A stretch of 64,000 bases of DNA from a virus (Duplodnaviria > Caudoviricetes): the IMG/VR virus record IMGVR_UViG_2974764813_000001, positions 1 through 64,000 of that record. The stretch is one strand, 5' to 3'. Positions 44,887-54,737 of the stretch are shown here, one piece after another. Below the pieces are notes generated by a model, which made no database searches, had not been told where the DNA came from, and saw only the letters and a program-made list of their open reading frames with translations. How positions within the stretch are numbered: the first letter of the stretch is position 1; the number at the start of each line of letters is the position of its first letter. The position numbers were made by a program, and so were the translations under genes.

Positions 44887-46491
44887 GTGGCTACTGCCTG
44901 GCCGGATGGCTATGACGACTTCGGCGTACCTTCCCTGCCGGAAGAGACACCTCTGTCCTCTGCGGGGGACAGTGCCCGCAACCACCCCGAACTGCTGCGC
45001 GACGTCGGCGATGCCGTCGAGGCCCTGCAGCGCGGTGTGGCGCGCAAGATTCACGATCACTCCGGTGACCCTGACGACATCGCCAAGGGCGACAAGCTCA
45101 AGCAGGCCAACACCCACGAGGACGCCGACACCGACTCCTCACCCACGGCGCTGCACCACACCCTGGGCTTCGGTGCGCACCAGGCCATGCCGGGCAACCA
45201 CGTGCCCAACTACGCCGACCTGCCGGGCGCGCCGTTCCGTATCTGCACCTCCACCACCCGGCCCGGAGCACCGTTCCGCGGCCAGGTGATCTACGAGACC
45301 GACACCAAGTGCTTCCGGCAGTGGGAGCTGTTCAACAACAACGCGGTGATCACCGGGCTCAACTCGCAGATCAACTTCGATACCGTCGATGCCACTACCA
45401 TCGGTGGCGGCGGCTGGGACATCACCATCGCCAGCGGGGACACCACCCACGGCATCCCGGCCACCCCCGACGGCACGCTGCGCTGGATCGACGGCGGCAA
45501 CCAGACCAACCGCTTCTGGGCGCGACGCACCAACCCGCTGGACGCGGAGACCGAGACCGACGACCAGATCATCACCTGGAAGACCGGCGACACCGTCATC
45601 GAATCGGAACTGCCGCTGACCGACGGCGCCACCAACGACGTCTACTTCCGGGTCAGCGAGGACGAGCAGAGCTACATCAAGCTGCGCGTCGGCGACCAGT
45701 ACATCAAGGCGTTCTACACGACCTCCGGCCGGGAGAACGAGAAGGCTCTCGGCGAGCTGTCCAACATCGAGACCCAGTTGTCCAACGCGACGTGGTCCGG
45801 CGAGATGACCGACCGCACCCTCTCGCTGTACTGCGGCGGGGAGTTCATGGGCTCGATCAAGGACACCAAGGCCGTCACCGCCAAAGGCGCCGACAACCGC
45901 GGCTGGATGATCGGCATGCAGGCCGGTGCCCGCGGCCTGGGCCAGACCACCCCGGCCAACATCGACTGGGTCCGCATCCAGGACCGGCGCTACTTCACCT
46001 CGGTCAACCGCTGGAGCCTGCTGCCGCTGGGCCGTGTCCCGGTGTGCCGCCTGCGCCAGTCCAAGAACCAGCAGCTCATGCGCACCGGCACCATCCTGGA
46101 GTTCGCCGAGGAGGTCGAGGACACCTTCGGCTTCTTCGACAAGGCGGTGTCGCAGACCGACGTCGTGATCACCGAGCCCGGCACCTACGACATCACCGCG
46201 ACGCTGCAGTGGGATCCGCAGAGGGTGCCCGACCAGGCCCACGCGCTGGTCATGGTCAACGGCCAGGAGACCGAGATCAAGGACTCGAAGTTCCTGCGCG
46301 GCAACGGTGCGCAGCCGGGCTTCTCCCAGACCCTGGCGATCACCGGCACCCTGCCTCTGGTGGCCGGTGACGTCATCCAGGTCAAGGCCCGCTTCGAGGC
46401 GTCCGGCGGCCTGCTCAACCAGATCTTCTCCTACTTCGACGCCGCGTCGAAGGTCAACTCTCGTCTCGAGATCACATTCCGGGGGCCGTGA
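44887..46491 (+). CDS. Minor tail/fiber protein (lectin-like and C1q-like domains)
   Basis: HHTLG...QAMPGNH, CTSTTRP..PF.GQ.IYETDT fiber motifs; beta-rich C-terminus. Confidence 0.65.
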   Translation: MATAWPDGYDDFGVPSLPEETPLSSAGDSARNHPELLRDVGDAVEALQRGVARKIHDHSGDPDDIAKGDKLKQANTHEDADTDSSPTALHHTLGFGAHQAMPGNHVPNYADLPGAPFRICTSTTRPGAPFRGQVIYETDTKCFRQWELFNNNAVITGLNSQINFDTVDATTIGGGGWDITIASGDTTHGIPATPDGTLRWIDGGNQTNRFWARRTNPLDAETETDDQIITWKTGDTVIESELPLTDGATNDVYFRVSEDEQSYIKLRVGDQYIKAFYTTSGRENEKALGELSNIETQLSNATWSGEMTDRTLSLYCGGEFMGSIKDTKAVTAKGADNRGWMIGMQAGARGLGQTTPANIDWVRIQDRRYFTSVNRWSLLPLGRVPVCRLRQSKNQQLMRTGTILEFAEEVEDTFGFFDKAVSQTDVVITEPGTYDITATLQWDPQRVPDQAHALVMVNGQETEIKDSKFLRGNGAQPGFSQTLAITGTLPLVAGDVIQVKARFEASGGLLNQIFSYFDAASKVNSRLEITFRGP

Positions 46492-47483
46492 TGACCAGCG
46501 AACCGTCGGGCATCATGATTAGCAGCCCGAAGATCCGCGACCAGGCACTGGTGCGCAAGTTCGTCTCCCAGGGCGGCCGCGGCTACATCGCCTTGGACAT
46601 CCGCACCCCCGAGGGGTCGGTGGACCCCGACGAGGGCAGCCTGCAGCTCAAGGTGTGGTTCAACGACGTCACCGCCCAGGTCCCGGTCTCCGATGACCCG
46701 CGCGGCGTGCTGGCGCTGGAGGTGTCCCACGACGAACTGCACCGCGAGGACACCGGCAAGTACGACTACGAGATCGGTCCCGCCCTGACCAGCCAGCGCG
46801 GGGTGTTCACCGTCGAGTGGCTCTACAAGGTCGGCGGCACCGAGTTCAGCTTCACCGACCACCTGCAGGTGCTCAGCCAGATGCCGCTGTACGACACTCT
46901 CTCGACGGCCGAGCGGCTCACCGTCGAGCAGGTGTCCTGGATGCTCGGCGATCTGTTTGACTCCACCGAGGGCGGCCCGTATCTCATCGAGCAGTTCCAG
47001 ACCCACTTCGACTACGAGCGCATCGCCCAGCTCGCCCAGATCGCCGTCACCCGGCTCAACACCACCGGCTTCCCGGTGACCTACTGGGCCTTCGGCGGCG
47101 ACGGCGGCGGCAACGTGGTGCCCAAGGAGTTCGCCGGGCTGCACGTACTGGCCACCTACTACGAGGTGGTGCGCCACCTGATCCGCTCGTACGTGGAGAT
47201 CCCCGCGCGCGTCGGCGCCAACATCACCTTCCTGGACCGTCGCGACTACATGCAGCGCTGGCAGTCCATCCTGGCCACCGAACTGCCGGAGTGGCAGAAG
47301 ATGGTCAAGACCGCCAAGCGCTCGCTGCTCGGCCTGGGCCGCGGCGCGCTGCTGGTCTCCGGCGGCATCTACGGCAGCGGCGCGACCGGTGTCTTCCAGT
47401 ACGGCATGTACGTCAGCCACACCCGCGCGTTCCGGTTCTATCCGGCGGCCCCGGCCGTGTCCTGGGGGTCGATTGGGCGATGA
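46488..47483 (+). CDS. Head-to-tail adaptor
   Basis: Position; D.FDS..GGP.L and DRRDY..RW motifs. Confidence 0.6.
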   Translation: MMTSEPSGIMISSPKIRDQALVRKFVSQGGRGYIALDIRTPEGSVDPDEGSLQLKVWFNDVTAQVPVSDDPRGVLALEVSHDELHREDTGKYDYEIGPALTSQRGVFTVEWLYKVGGTEFSFTDHLQVLSQMPLYDTLSTAERLTVEQVSWMLGDLFDSTEGGPYLIEQFQTHFDYERIAQLAQIAVTRLNTTGFPVTYWAFGGDGGGNVVPKEFAGLHVLATYYEVVRHLIRSYVEIPARVGANITFLDRRDYMQRWQSILATELPEWQKMVKTAKRSLLGLGRGALLVSGGIYGSGATGVFQYGMYVSHTRAFRFYPAAPAVSWGSIGR

Positions 47484-48109
47484 GCGTCGCGATCCTCAAG
47501 CAGGCACAGCAGTTCTCGTGGCGAACCTCATCGTTCCTCTGGGATGACCCGCGCGGCTACCTCGCGGCCAAGGAGTGGCTCGACAACGGCTTCGCATACC
47601 ACGCCGACGACTTCCGCGCGGGCGGGGAGAGTGCGCGCCAGGGCAGCCCGCACCCGTGGCCGGAGGGCTTCAACGAGGCCCGGCTGCTGCGCACCCCTGA
47701 TGGCCGCCGCGCCATCGGTTCGGAGATCTACCAGCGGCTCACCCAGGCGCAGCCGACGAAGTACGAGCTGTGGCGCGGGGTCACCGGCGACCTGCCCTAC
47801 ACCGAGGGCCAGACCGTCAGCATGCCGCTGTCGTCGTTCGCCATCGACAAGGCCAAGGCCAGCGAGTTCGCCCGCGAGACGCCGAAGGACACCGGCGGCT
47901 ACCTGCTGCGCATGAGCCCCGGATCGCAGTCCTACAAGCTCATCAACCACGACAACCCCGGCGAACTGCGCGGCTGGGATCCCGCAGGCGAGCACATCTC
48001 CATGGGCGACTTCCGGGTGAACCGCATCCACCAGCCCCGCAACCCCGGCGACCTGCCCATCGCCGACATCACCCACCTGGGCCTGGGCGCACCGGAGGTG
48101 AGGCCATGA
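47480..48109 (+). CDS. Leader plus ADP-ribosyltransferase-like domain (R-S-E type)
   Basis: ELWRG, MPLSSFA, GEHISMGDFRV; N-terminal MSVAILKQAQQFSWRTS. Confidence 0.6.
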   Translation: MSVAILKQAQQFSWRTSSFLWDDPRGYLAAKEWLDNGFAYHADDFRAGGESARQGSPHPWPEGFNEARLLRTPDGRRAIGSEIYQRLTQAQPTKYELWRGVTGDLPYTEGQTVSMPLSSFAIDKAKASEFARETPKDTGGYLLRMSPGSQSYKLINHDNPGELRGWDPAGEHISMGDFRVNRIHQPRNPGDLPIADITHLGLGAPEVRP

Positions 48110-48486
48110 CCGCGATCCTCAAGCAAGCCGAGCAGTATTCCTGGCGGGTGGCGATGCCTTGGTATCACGTCAGTCCTCATGATCTCCCTGATGCCACCAG
48201 GCTGACTCCTGGTGGAGGGGAGTCAGCTTTTGGCGACGAGGTTTACCAGGATGAATTCAGCGATCATCCGAATCACGTTTGGATGTGGAATGACCTAAAC
48301 AGCGCCGTTCGGTTCCTGCCTGAGATCGGCGCCGAGAAGCGTCCTAACGGTGACTGGGAGCATGGCCACGTCTACGAGGTGGATCCAGAAGACCCCAGGC
48401 CTTGGTACAGCGGCCAGCACGGTTACGTGACTCCATCTGCGAAGATCATTCGTCAAGTCCCACAAGGCGAATGGGGGCAGCAGTGA
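48106..48486 (+). CDS. Leader plus Arr-like ADP-ribosyltransferase-fold domain
   Basis: WYHVS...L.PG, HVWM, GHVYEVDP; N-terminal MTAILKQAEQYSWRVA; atypical codon usage after the leader. Confidence 0.55.
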   Translation: MTAILKQAEQYSWRVAMPWYHVSPHDLPDATRLTPGGGESAFGDEVYQDEFSDHPNHVWMWNDLNSAVRFLPEIGAEKRPNGDWEHGHVYEVDPEDPRPWYSGQHGYVTPSAKIIRQVPQGEWGQQ

Positions 48487-49397
48487 GCATCAAGCTGCCC
48501 GAAGACTTCGGCGTCAACCAGCTGCGCAAGGACGTTCGCGACTCCTTGCAGACCGCGGGGGAGCAGTGCATCGTGCTGGCGATGCGCCACCCTGTCGACG
48601 ACGACGACGCCGAGAAGTGCCCGGTCTGCGACGACGACATCTACAACGACGGCGAGGCCGACTGCGAGGTCTGCTACGGCACCCGCTACGCCCACCCGGT
48701 GCGCGAGGCCGCCAAGGTGTGGGCGGTGTTCTCCGACCAGACGAACGACGAGACCTACACCAAGCAGGGCGTGTTCCAGTCCGACGTGCGTGAGATCCAG
48801 ACCGAGGCGTTCCCGCGGCTGATGGAGCACGACTACGTCGTGCGCGTGCGCCGCTGGACCCCCGACGGCCGCGCCGCCGAGATCGAAGGCTTCTACACCG
48901 TCGACAAGGTCATCCCGAACTCGGTGCGCACCGGCAACCGCTTCGGCCAGGCCAGCTGGGACATCGTCGGCCAGAAGGCCACCGTGCGCGAGGTTCCGCG
49001 CACCTCGCTGGCGATCACGAAGTACCCGGTGCTGGGCAAGACCTTCAACGCGGGCCTGATCGAGCCGGTCGGCACCATGGCCACCCCGGCACCGGCACCG
49101 CCGGACACCAAGGTCGTCTACGTCCCGGTCATCTCGCCCGGCGCGAGCACCCCCGACCCAGACGACTCGCCCCCGCTGGTGCAGATGCCGCCCGGCACCT
49201 ACTGGCGGCGGGTGTTCTTCCACACCCAGAGCGCTCCCGCGGCCACCTGGACCATCGTGCACCCCTTCGACTACGACCCCTCGGTCACGCTCTTCGTCGG
49301 CGGCGAAGAAGCCGACACCGACGTCGAGTACCCCAACGACCACACCGTGGTGCTGACCTTCGCCGAACCCCAGGCCGGTGTCGCACAGCTCATCTGA
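48483..49397 (+). CDS. Head completion/stopper protein
   Basis: CPVC...CEVCYGT motif typical of myophage neck proteins; WTIVH C-terminal repeat. Confidence 0.6.
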   Translation: MSIKLPEDFGVNQLRKDVRDSLQTAGEQCIVLAMRHPVDDDDAEKCPVCDDDIYNDGEADCEVCYGTRYAHPVREAAKVWAVFSDQTNDETYTKQGVFQSDVREIQTEAFPRLMEHDYVVRVRRWTPDGRAAEIEGFYTVDKVIPNSVRTGNRFGQASWDIVGQKATVREVPRTSLAITKYPVLGKTFNAGLIEPVGTMATPAPAPPDTKVVYVPVISPGASTPDPDDSPPLVQMPPGTYWRRVFFHTQSAPAATWTIVHPFDYDPSVTLFVGGEEADTDVEYPNDHTVVLTFAEPQAGVAQLI

Positions 49398-49436
49398 GCC
49401 CAGAAGTAGTAGGGGAGCCAAACCGAGGAGGCTGAC

Positions 49437-50219
49437 GTGGCTCGCAAGATTTTCAACGGGCTCGACCTGCAGAACCAGCGGATCGAGGCGGTGGCCAGCC
49501 CGGCATCGCCGACCGACGCCGCCAACAAGTCCTACGTCGACAACCTGGTCAAGGGCCAGGTATGGAAGGTCGGCGTGCGCGTGGCCTCCACCACCAACGT
49601 CGACATCCTGGCTCCGGGCACCGTCATCGACGGCATCACCCTGGCCAACGGCGACTCGATCCTGCTGAAGAACCAGTCCAGCGAGACCGACAACGGCATC
49701 TACGTCTACACCTCGGCCTCGGCTGCCCTGACCCGTCGCGACGACGCCAACAGTGCCGACACCCTGGTACCCAACACCACGGTGTACGTGGCCGAAGGCG
49801 ACACCAACGCTGACACGGCCTGGACGCTGACCACCGACGCCCCGATCACCGTCGGCACCACCAACCTGACCTTCGCCCAGTCCGGCGGCGTCGCCCCCTA
49901 CACCGCGGGCGACGGCCTGGACCTCAACGGCATGGAGTTCAGCGTCAAGTCGGGCACCGGCATCATCGTCGGCGACGAGGTGAGCATCGACACCACCATC
50001 GTCGCACGCAAGTACGCCACCAACATCGGCGACGGCACCACGACCAGCATCGTGGTCACCCACAGCCTGGGCAGCCGCGACGTCGCGGTATCGGTGCGCG
50101 ACGCCACCACCCACGAAGAGGTCTATCCCGACGTCGAGATGACCACGCCGGACACAGTCACCCTCAAATTCGCTGTGGCGCCCGCCTCCAACGAACTGCG
50201 CGCAGTCGTCGTCGGGTAA
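49437..50219 (+). CDS. Structural/fiber protein
   Basis: DAANKSYVD, WK..VRVA, IDG..L..GD.ILLKNQ...NGIY. Confidence 0.7.
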   Translation: MARKIFNGLDLQNQRIEAVASPASPTDAANKSYVDNLVKGQVWKVGVRVASTTNVDILAPGTVIDGITLANGDSILLKNQSSETDNGIYVYTSASAALTRRDDANSADTLVPNTTVYVAEGDTNADTAWTLTTDAPITVGTTNLTFAQSGGVAPYTAGDGLDLNGMEFSVKSGTGIIVGDEVSIDTTIVARKYATNIGDGTTTSIVVTHSLGSRDVAVSVRDATTHEEVYPDVEMTTPDTVTLKFAVAPASNELRAVVVG

Positions 50220-50223
50220 CCCT

Positions 50224-50691
50224 ATGACCAGGATTGCTGCGCCACAGCCGATCTGCGCGCAGGTCAGCACCAGGGCGGTGCAGTTCGCGCGCGAGAGCGC
50301 CCAGTCGATGGGCTGGTCGGACCGCTCGCTGCAGGCCATCGTCTCGATGAGCAGTGAGGGCACCGTCGGCCTGCGCACCACCGCCAAGTATGTGATGCAC
50401 CAGAACCGCGGCATCCGGCCCTTCGTGATGTGGTGGGCCGAGGGCCGCACCATCCCGATGAGCAATGGGTCCGGGGGAGTGAGCTTCGTGCGCGCCAAGG
50501 GTGTGGGCACCCCCGGCTGGGTGACCCTGCCCGGCGGGGTGCGCAAATGGCGCGAGCAGCGTTGGCGCCACCCCGGCCTCAAGCCGAAGAACTTCCTGGA
50601 GAGCGCGCTGAGCCGCGCCATCGAGGACTCCAAGCCTGAGCTGCAGAAGATGCTCATGGGCACCCTGACGGGAGTGGGCAGTGGCTACTGA
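50224..50691 (+). CDS. Neck/tail completion protein
   Basis: W.HPG..PKNFL motif; position. Confidence 0.55.
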   Translation: MTRIAAPQPICAQVSTRAVQFARESAQSMGWSDRSLQAIVSMSSEGTVGLRTTAKYVMHQNRGIRPFVMWWAEGRTIPMSNGSGGVSFVRAKGVGTPGWVTLPGGVRKWREQRWRHPGLKPKNFLESALSRAIEDSKPELQKMLMGTLTGVGSGY

Positions 50692-51463
50692 CGACGAGCT
50701 CTATGCGCCCAGCGTGTTCATGTCCGACTACGACCACCCGGCGCCCGAGACGGTGGTCAACGCCCCGCTGCCGCGCGGCACCGAGGGCGGCCTGATCGAG
50801 ACCACCAAGCGCGCGGTGGTCACCGCGATCCGCACCGCGCTCACTGCGACCGGCATGTCCACCGGCGACCGGCCGCTCTACATCGACCAGGAATACCCGA
50901 TGAAGGAGCTGCACTACCCCGGCGTGTGGGTGCAGTTCTCCATCACCAAGCTCAACCGCGCAGGCATCGGCCATGAGGTCGCCGTCGAGGTGGACGACCA
51001 GTGGTGCACCGTGCAGGAGTGGATGGTGGAGGGCCGGGTCACCGTGTCGGTGGTCGGCCTGAAAAACAAAGACCGCGACCGCATCTCTGACGCGATCATC
51101 GCGATGCTGGCGTTCTCCCGGCCGCCGGAGCCGGTACTGACCAACGCCGCCGTGGACACCAAACAGAACCGCAGCCTGTTCGCCGCGCTGGCCGAGAACC
51201 CGCACATGTCGATCACGCTGAACACCGACGTGCTCTACTCCGGCGGCCAGGGCGTCAACGTCGGCACCCCGTTCTCCCCGGACATGCTCGCCTACGAGGA
51301 CAGCTACTCGTTCGATCTGCAGGGCCAGTTCAACACGGTCTTCCGCCACGACGGCACCTACACGCTCACCCGCGTGGACGTCGACGACTACAGCGCCCCG
51401 TCGACCGCGGAATACCGCGAGCTGGACCCCTGGTCAGGGCCCCCGCCACCCCACACGCTGTGA
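50681..51463 (+). CDS. Tail terminator-like protein
   Basis: Directly upstream of the sheath; EYP....YP. Confidence 0.55.
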   Translation: MATDDELYAPSVFMSDYDHPAPETVVNAPLPRGTEGGLIETTKRAVVTAIRTALTATGMSTGDRPLYIDQEYPMKELHYPGVWVQFSITKLNRAGIGHEVAVEVDDQWCTVQEWMVEGRVTVSVVGLKNKDRDRISDAIIAMLAFSRPPEPVLTNAAVDTKQNRSLFAALAENPHMSITLNTDVLYSGGQGVNVGTPFSPDMLAYEDSYSFDLQGQFNTVFRHDGTYTLTRVDVDDYSAPSTAEYRELDPWSGPPPPHTL

Positions 51464-51525
51464 AATCCGCTCCCCAGCCCATGAAAGGGGGAAGGCGCCC
51501 TGGCTGGTGGTGACGGAGGTATGCA

Positions 51526-53049
51526 ATGGCCGTTTCAAGCGCTGCGAATTTCGGCAGTCGGTACCTGCCGCCCGGCGTATACACGAGGATCGTCGACGGT
51601 CCTCAGCTGGCGGTCAACTCCTCGATGCCCACGGCGGTGGGCCTGTTCGGGACGGCGGTCGGGTTCCGCACCTGGCTGGAGACCTTGCAGATCAACCCCG
51701 ACACCGACGCCGAGACCCCCGCGATCAACCGGACCCTGGCCAAGCAGGGCATCGACGTCGAGACCCTGGTGGTGCGCAACCCCACCTCGGGCCAGACCTA
51801 CGTCGAGGGCACCGATTACACCGTCGAGCACATCGGCGGCACGATCAACACCCCCAACGCGACCTACGCCATCGCGCGGGTGATCGACGGCGGTCACATC
51901 GACCCCGGCACCGAGGTCCAGATCTCCTATCGCTACACCGATCCCAAGTACTTCGACCCGTACATCTTCTACGACTACGAAGACGTCCGCGCCGCCTACG
52001 GCGACCCGTACAACACGGCCACCGGCGAGATCCAGTCCGAGCTCACGCTGCACGCCAAGTTCGCCTTCGCCAACGGTGCCTACCAGGTCGTCTGCGTCGC
52101 GGTGGACCCGGCGACCCCCGGCTCGCCCACCACTGGCGAGTACGCCGACGCGCTGGCCAAGCTCTCCGACCAGCCGCAGGTCGCGGTCGTGTCGTCCTGC
52201 TCGGGCGCGGTCCCGCTGCACGCCCTGGTCCAGCAGCACGTGCGGGTGCAGTCCGACAACCGCTTCGAGCGCCGCGCGATCCTGGGCATGGACGGCAGCG
52301 TCACCCCGATTGCCTCCGCGCAGCGGATCCTCAACGCCCAGGCGCTCACCGACCGGCGCGTCGCCCTGGTCAGCCCGTCGAGCTTCGTCACCTACAGCGA
52401 AGAGCTCAACAACGAGGTCACCCTCGGCGGCCAGTACATGGCGACCTGCCTGGCGGCCATGACGGTGGCGATGGACTTCGCCCAGCCACTCACCCACAAG
52501 CGGATCACCGGCTGGAAGGCCATCGGCGAGCTGCAGCCCGAGGGCGAGAAGAACCTCGAGTCGCAAAACGGCCTGATGGTCGTGGAGCAGACCCGCCAGC
52601 AGATCATCCGGGTGCGCCACGGTGTGACCACCGACCCCACCGACCTGATCTCGCGCGAGTGGAACGTCACCGGCCAGACCGACGCGCTGACCTTCCGCAT
52701 CCGCGACTACCTGGAGGCGGCCAACCTGATCGGCCAGCCGATCTACGGCTACACGCTGATCAACGTCAAGAGCTCGGCGCAGTCCGCACTCGAAAGCCTT
52801 AAGCGCGACGGGCTTTTGGTCGACTACCACGGCCTCAAGGCCCGCCAGCTGCTGACCAACCCCGACGTCATCTCGGTGTCGTTCACCTGGCTCCCGGCCT
52901 TCCCGCTGAACTACATCGTCGTCGAGTTCGGCATCAGCCTCACCAACGGCGAGGTCTCCATCGGAGATACCGCCAACCTCAACAACTTTGGATCGCCGAG
53001 CGCCACCAACAGCTTCGGCGGCCCCGGAAACACCCTGCAGAGCATCTAA
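51526..53049 (+). CDS. Tail sheath protein
   Basis: YLPPGVY N-terminus, HGVTT, C-terminal PAFPLNYI. Confidence 0.9.
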   Translation: MAVSSAANFGSRYLPPGVYTRIVDGPQLAVNSSMPTAVGLFGTAVGFRTWLETLQINPDTDAETPAINRTLAKQGIDVETLVVRNPTSGQTYVEGTDYTVEHIGGTINTPNATYAIARVIDGGHIDPGTEVQISYRYTDPKYFDPYIFYDYEDVRAAYGDPYNTATGEIQSELTLHAKFAFANGAYQVVCVAVDPATPGSPTTGEYADALAKLSDQPQVAVVSSCSGAVPLHALVQQHVRVQSDNRFERRAILGMDGSVTPIASAQRILNAQALTDRRVALVSPSSFVTYSEELNNEVTLGGQYMATCLAAMTVAMDFAQPLTHKRITGWKAIGELQPEGEKNLESQNGLMVVEQTRQQIIRVRHGVTTDPTDLISREWNVTGQTDALTFRIRDYLEAANLIGQPIYGYTLINVKSSAQSALESLKRDGLLVDYHGLKARQLLTNPDVISVSFTWLPAFPLNYIVVEFGISLTNGEVSIGDTANLNNFGSPSATNSFGGPGNTLQSI

Positions 53050-53061
53050 GGACGGTGAATC

Positions 53062-53535
53062 GTGCCCATCGGCAAAATCCGCGTTGCTGGGTCGGGGTAT
53101 ACAACCCTGCTGTTCCAGGGGCAGCGCTTGGCCTACCTCCAGGTCATCCAGGACACGCCGCCCACCCCGGTGGCCCAGGCGCAGGCCGTCCAATCCCTGG
53201 ATGAGCCGGTACCGCAGGAGATCGTCACCGCGGGTGCGGTCGGCGTCGGCACGTTGCGAATGACCTTCTACGAGAAGTGGATTTCGCCTGCGTGGGCGTC
53301 GCTGCCGGGCCTGGAGGGGACCAACAACCTCCTCGAGGTGCTCCAGCGCCAGCTCACCCTGGGGTCGATCACGATGCAGAAGATCGTGCGTCACCCCGGC
53401 ACCGGCCAGATGCGCGCCCGCGTCTACCACGACGTCGTCATCACCGACATCGACGAGGGCGAGAACATCAACATCGGCACGATGACGCTGCCGAAGACCA
53501 TCACCGCCCAGTATTGCTACACCACGCCGGTGTAA
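53062..53535 (+). CDS. Tail tube protein
   Basis: 157 aa directly after the sheath. Confidence 0.75.
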   Translation: MPIGKIRVAGSGYTTLLFQGQRLAYLQVIQDTPPTPVAQAQAVQSLDEPVPQEIVTAGAVGVGTLRMTFYEKWISPAWASLPGLEGTNNLLEVLQRQLTLGSITMQKIVRHPGTGQMRARVYHDVVITDIDEGENINIGTMTLPKTITAQYCYTTPV

Positions 53536-53590
53536 TAGCTGACCTGCGCTTTCGCTCAGCTTGCTGTTTAGCTCTGAAAAAGGAGACACC

Positions 53591-53764
53591 ATGGCACCAC
53601 GCATTGCTCGGCAGGCAGAGACCTTCGGCCTGCACGAGGTCGAGGAGGCCCGCCAGCGGACCGCGGCGAGCATCGCGGACCCGGCCGAGATCGCTGACCT
53701 GCTCAAGGGTCCGCGCATCCAGGCCGGGCTTCTGCAGGTGCGCGACGAAGGGGACATCGAGTGA
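53591..53764 (+). CDS. Small hypothetical protein
   Basis: AAGGAG SD. Confidence 0.5.
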   Translation: MAPRIARQAETFGLHEVEEARQRTAASIADPAEIADLLKGPRIQAGLLQVRDEGDIE

Positions 53765-54327
53765 CGAGCGTCCCCGAGCCGAACCTGGGCCCGCCGCCGA
53801 CGCTGGCGACACCGGGCATCCAGCCCCCGACGCAATTCGTTCCCGCACAACCGTTCTCCGAGGACGAGTTCGACCCGATGGCCGTGGCCCCGCCGCCGGA
53901 GCCCGAAGAGGTCGAGGAGGAAGAGGTCACCGAGCTCGACGACGACGAGCTGCGGCTGTTCGCCTCGCTGCTCACCGTCGGCCAGATCTTCAAGACGATC
54001 TCGGTGATGGGCCACAAGGTCAAGATCCAAAGCCTGCGCGTGGCAGACGATTTGCGCATCGGGCTGTACTGCCGCCCGCACGAGGGCTCGAAGATGGAGC
54101 AGCGGGCCTACCAGCTCGCTGTGTGCGCCGCGGGCATCGTCGAGGTCAACGGCCAGCCGCTGGTGAATTCGTTCCTGCCGATGACCGACGACGAGCGGTT
54201 CGACAAGCAGGCCGAGATCCTCAAGAACGCCTATCCGGTCATGCTCACCCGCGTCCACCGGGCGATCATGGCGCTGGACCAGGAGTTCGTCGAACTGGCA
54301 GACAAACTGGGAAAACTCGAAGGCTAG
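53761..54327 (+). CDS. Tail assembly chaperone (short form)
   Basis: Between tube and tape measure; slippery GGGAAAA near its end. Confidence 0.75.
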   Translation: MTSVPEPNLGPPPTLATPGIQPPTQFVPAQPFSEDEFDPMAVAPPPEPEEVEEEEVTELDDDELRLFASLLTVGQIFKTISVMGHKVKIQSLRVADDLRIGLYCRPHEGSKMEQRAYQLAVCAAGIVEVNGQPLVNSFLPMTDDERFDKQAEILKNAYPVMLTRVHRAIMALDQEFVELADKLGKLEG

Positions 54328-54737
54328 ACGCACGTGCGGAAGTGGAAGTGCGTCTGGCCCATGAGCAAGGACTACTGCATCAGCGCATCCTGAGCCGCTT
54401 CCAGCACTGGGCGCTCCTCTATTGGATCTACATGGACCGCCGCACGGAGAACGAAACCACGTTCGCCGCGCTGGAACTGCAGTGCTTCAACCTCCACCAG
54501 GAGCGCTGGGAGCAGATCTACAAGGACCTGCCCCAGTCCACGCTGGCGCCCACGGCCGACGAGGACGAAGAGGTCCCGGTCGACGACATCGAGGCGATCC
54601 ACGCCTTCTACGAGGAGGCCGAGCGCAACGGCAGCGTCGGCGGGTCGATGTCCGGTGCGGACGCCCCCGACCTCTACGACGTGGCGCGCTCGGGTTGGCC
54701 AGCCAGCAACGACAAGGCGTGGGGTGAGTGGACATGA
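53761..54737 (+). CDS. Tail assembly chaperone, -1 frameshifted long form
   Basis: G GGA AAA at 54309-54315; the -1 frame is open to TGA 54737, overlapping the tape measure ATG. Confidence 0.7.
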
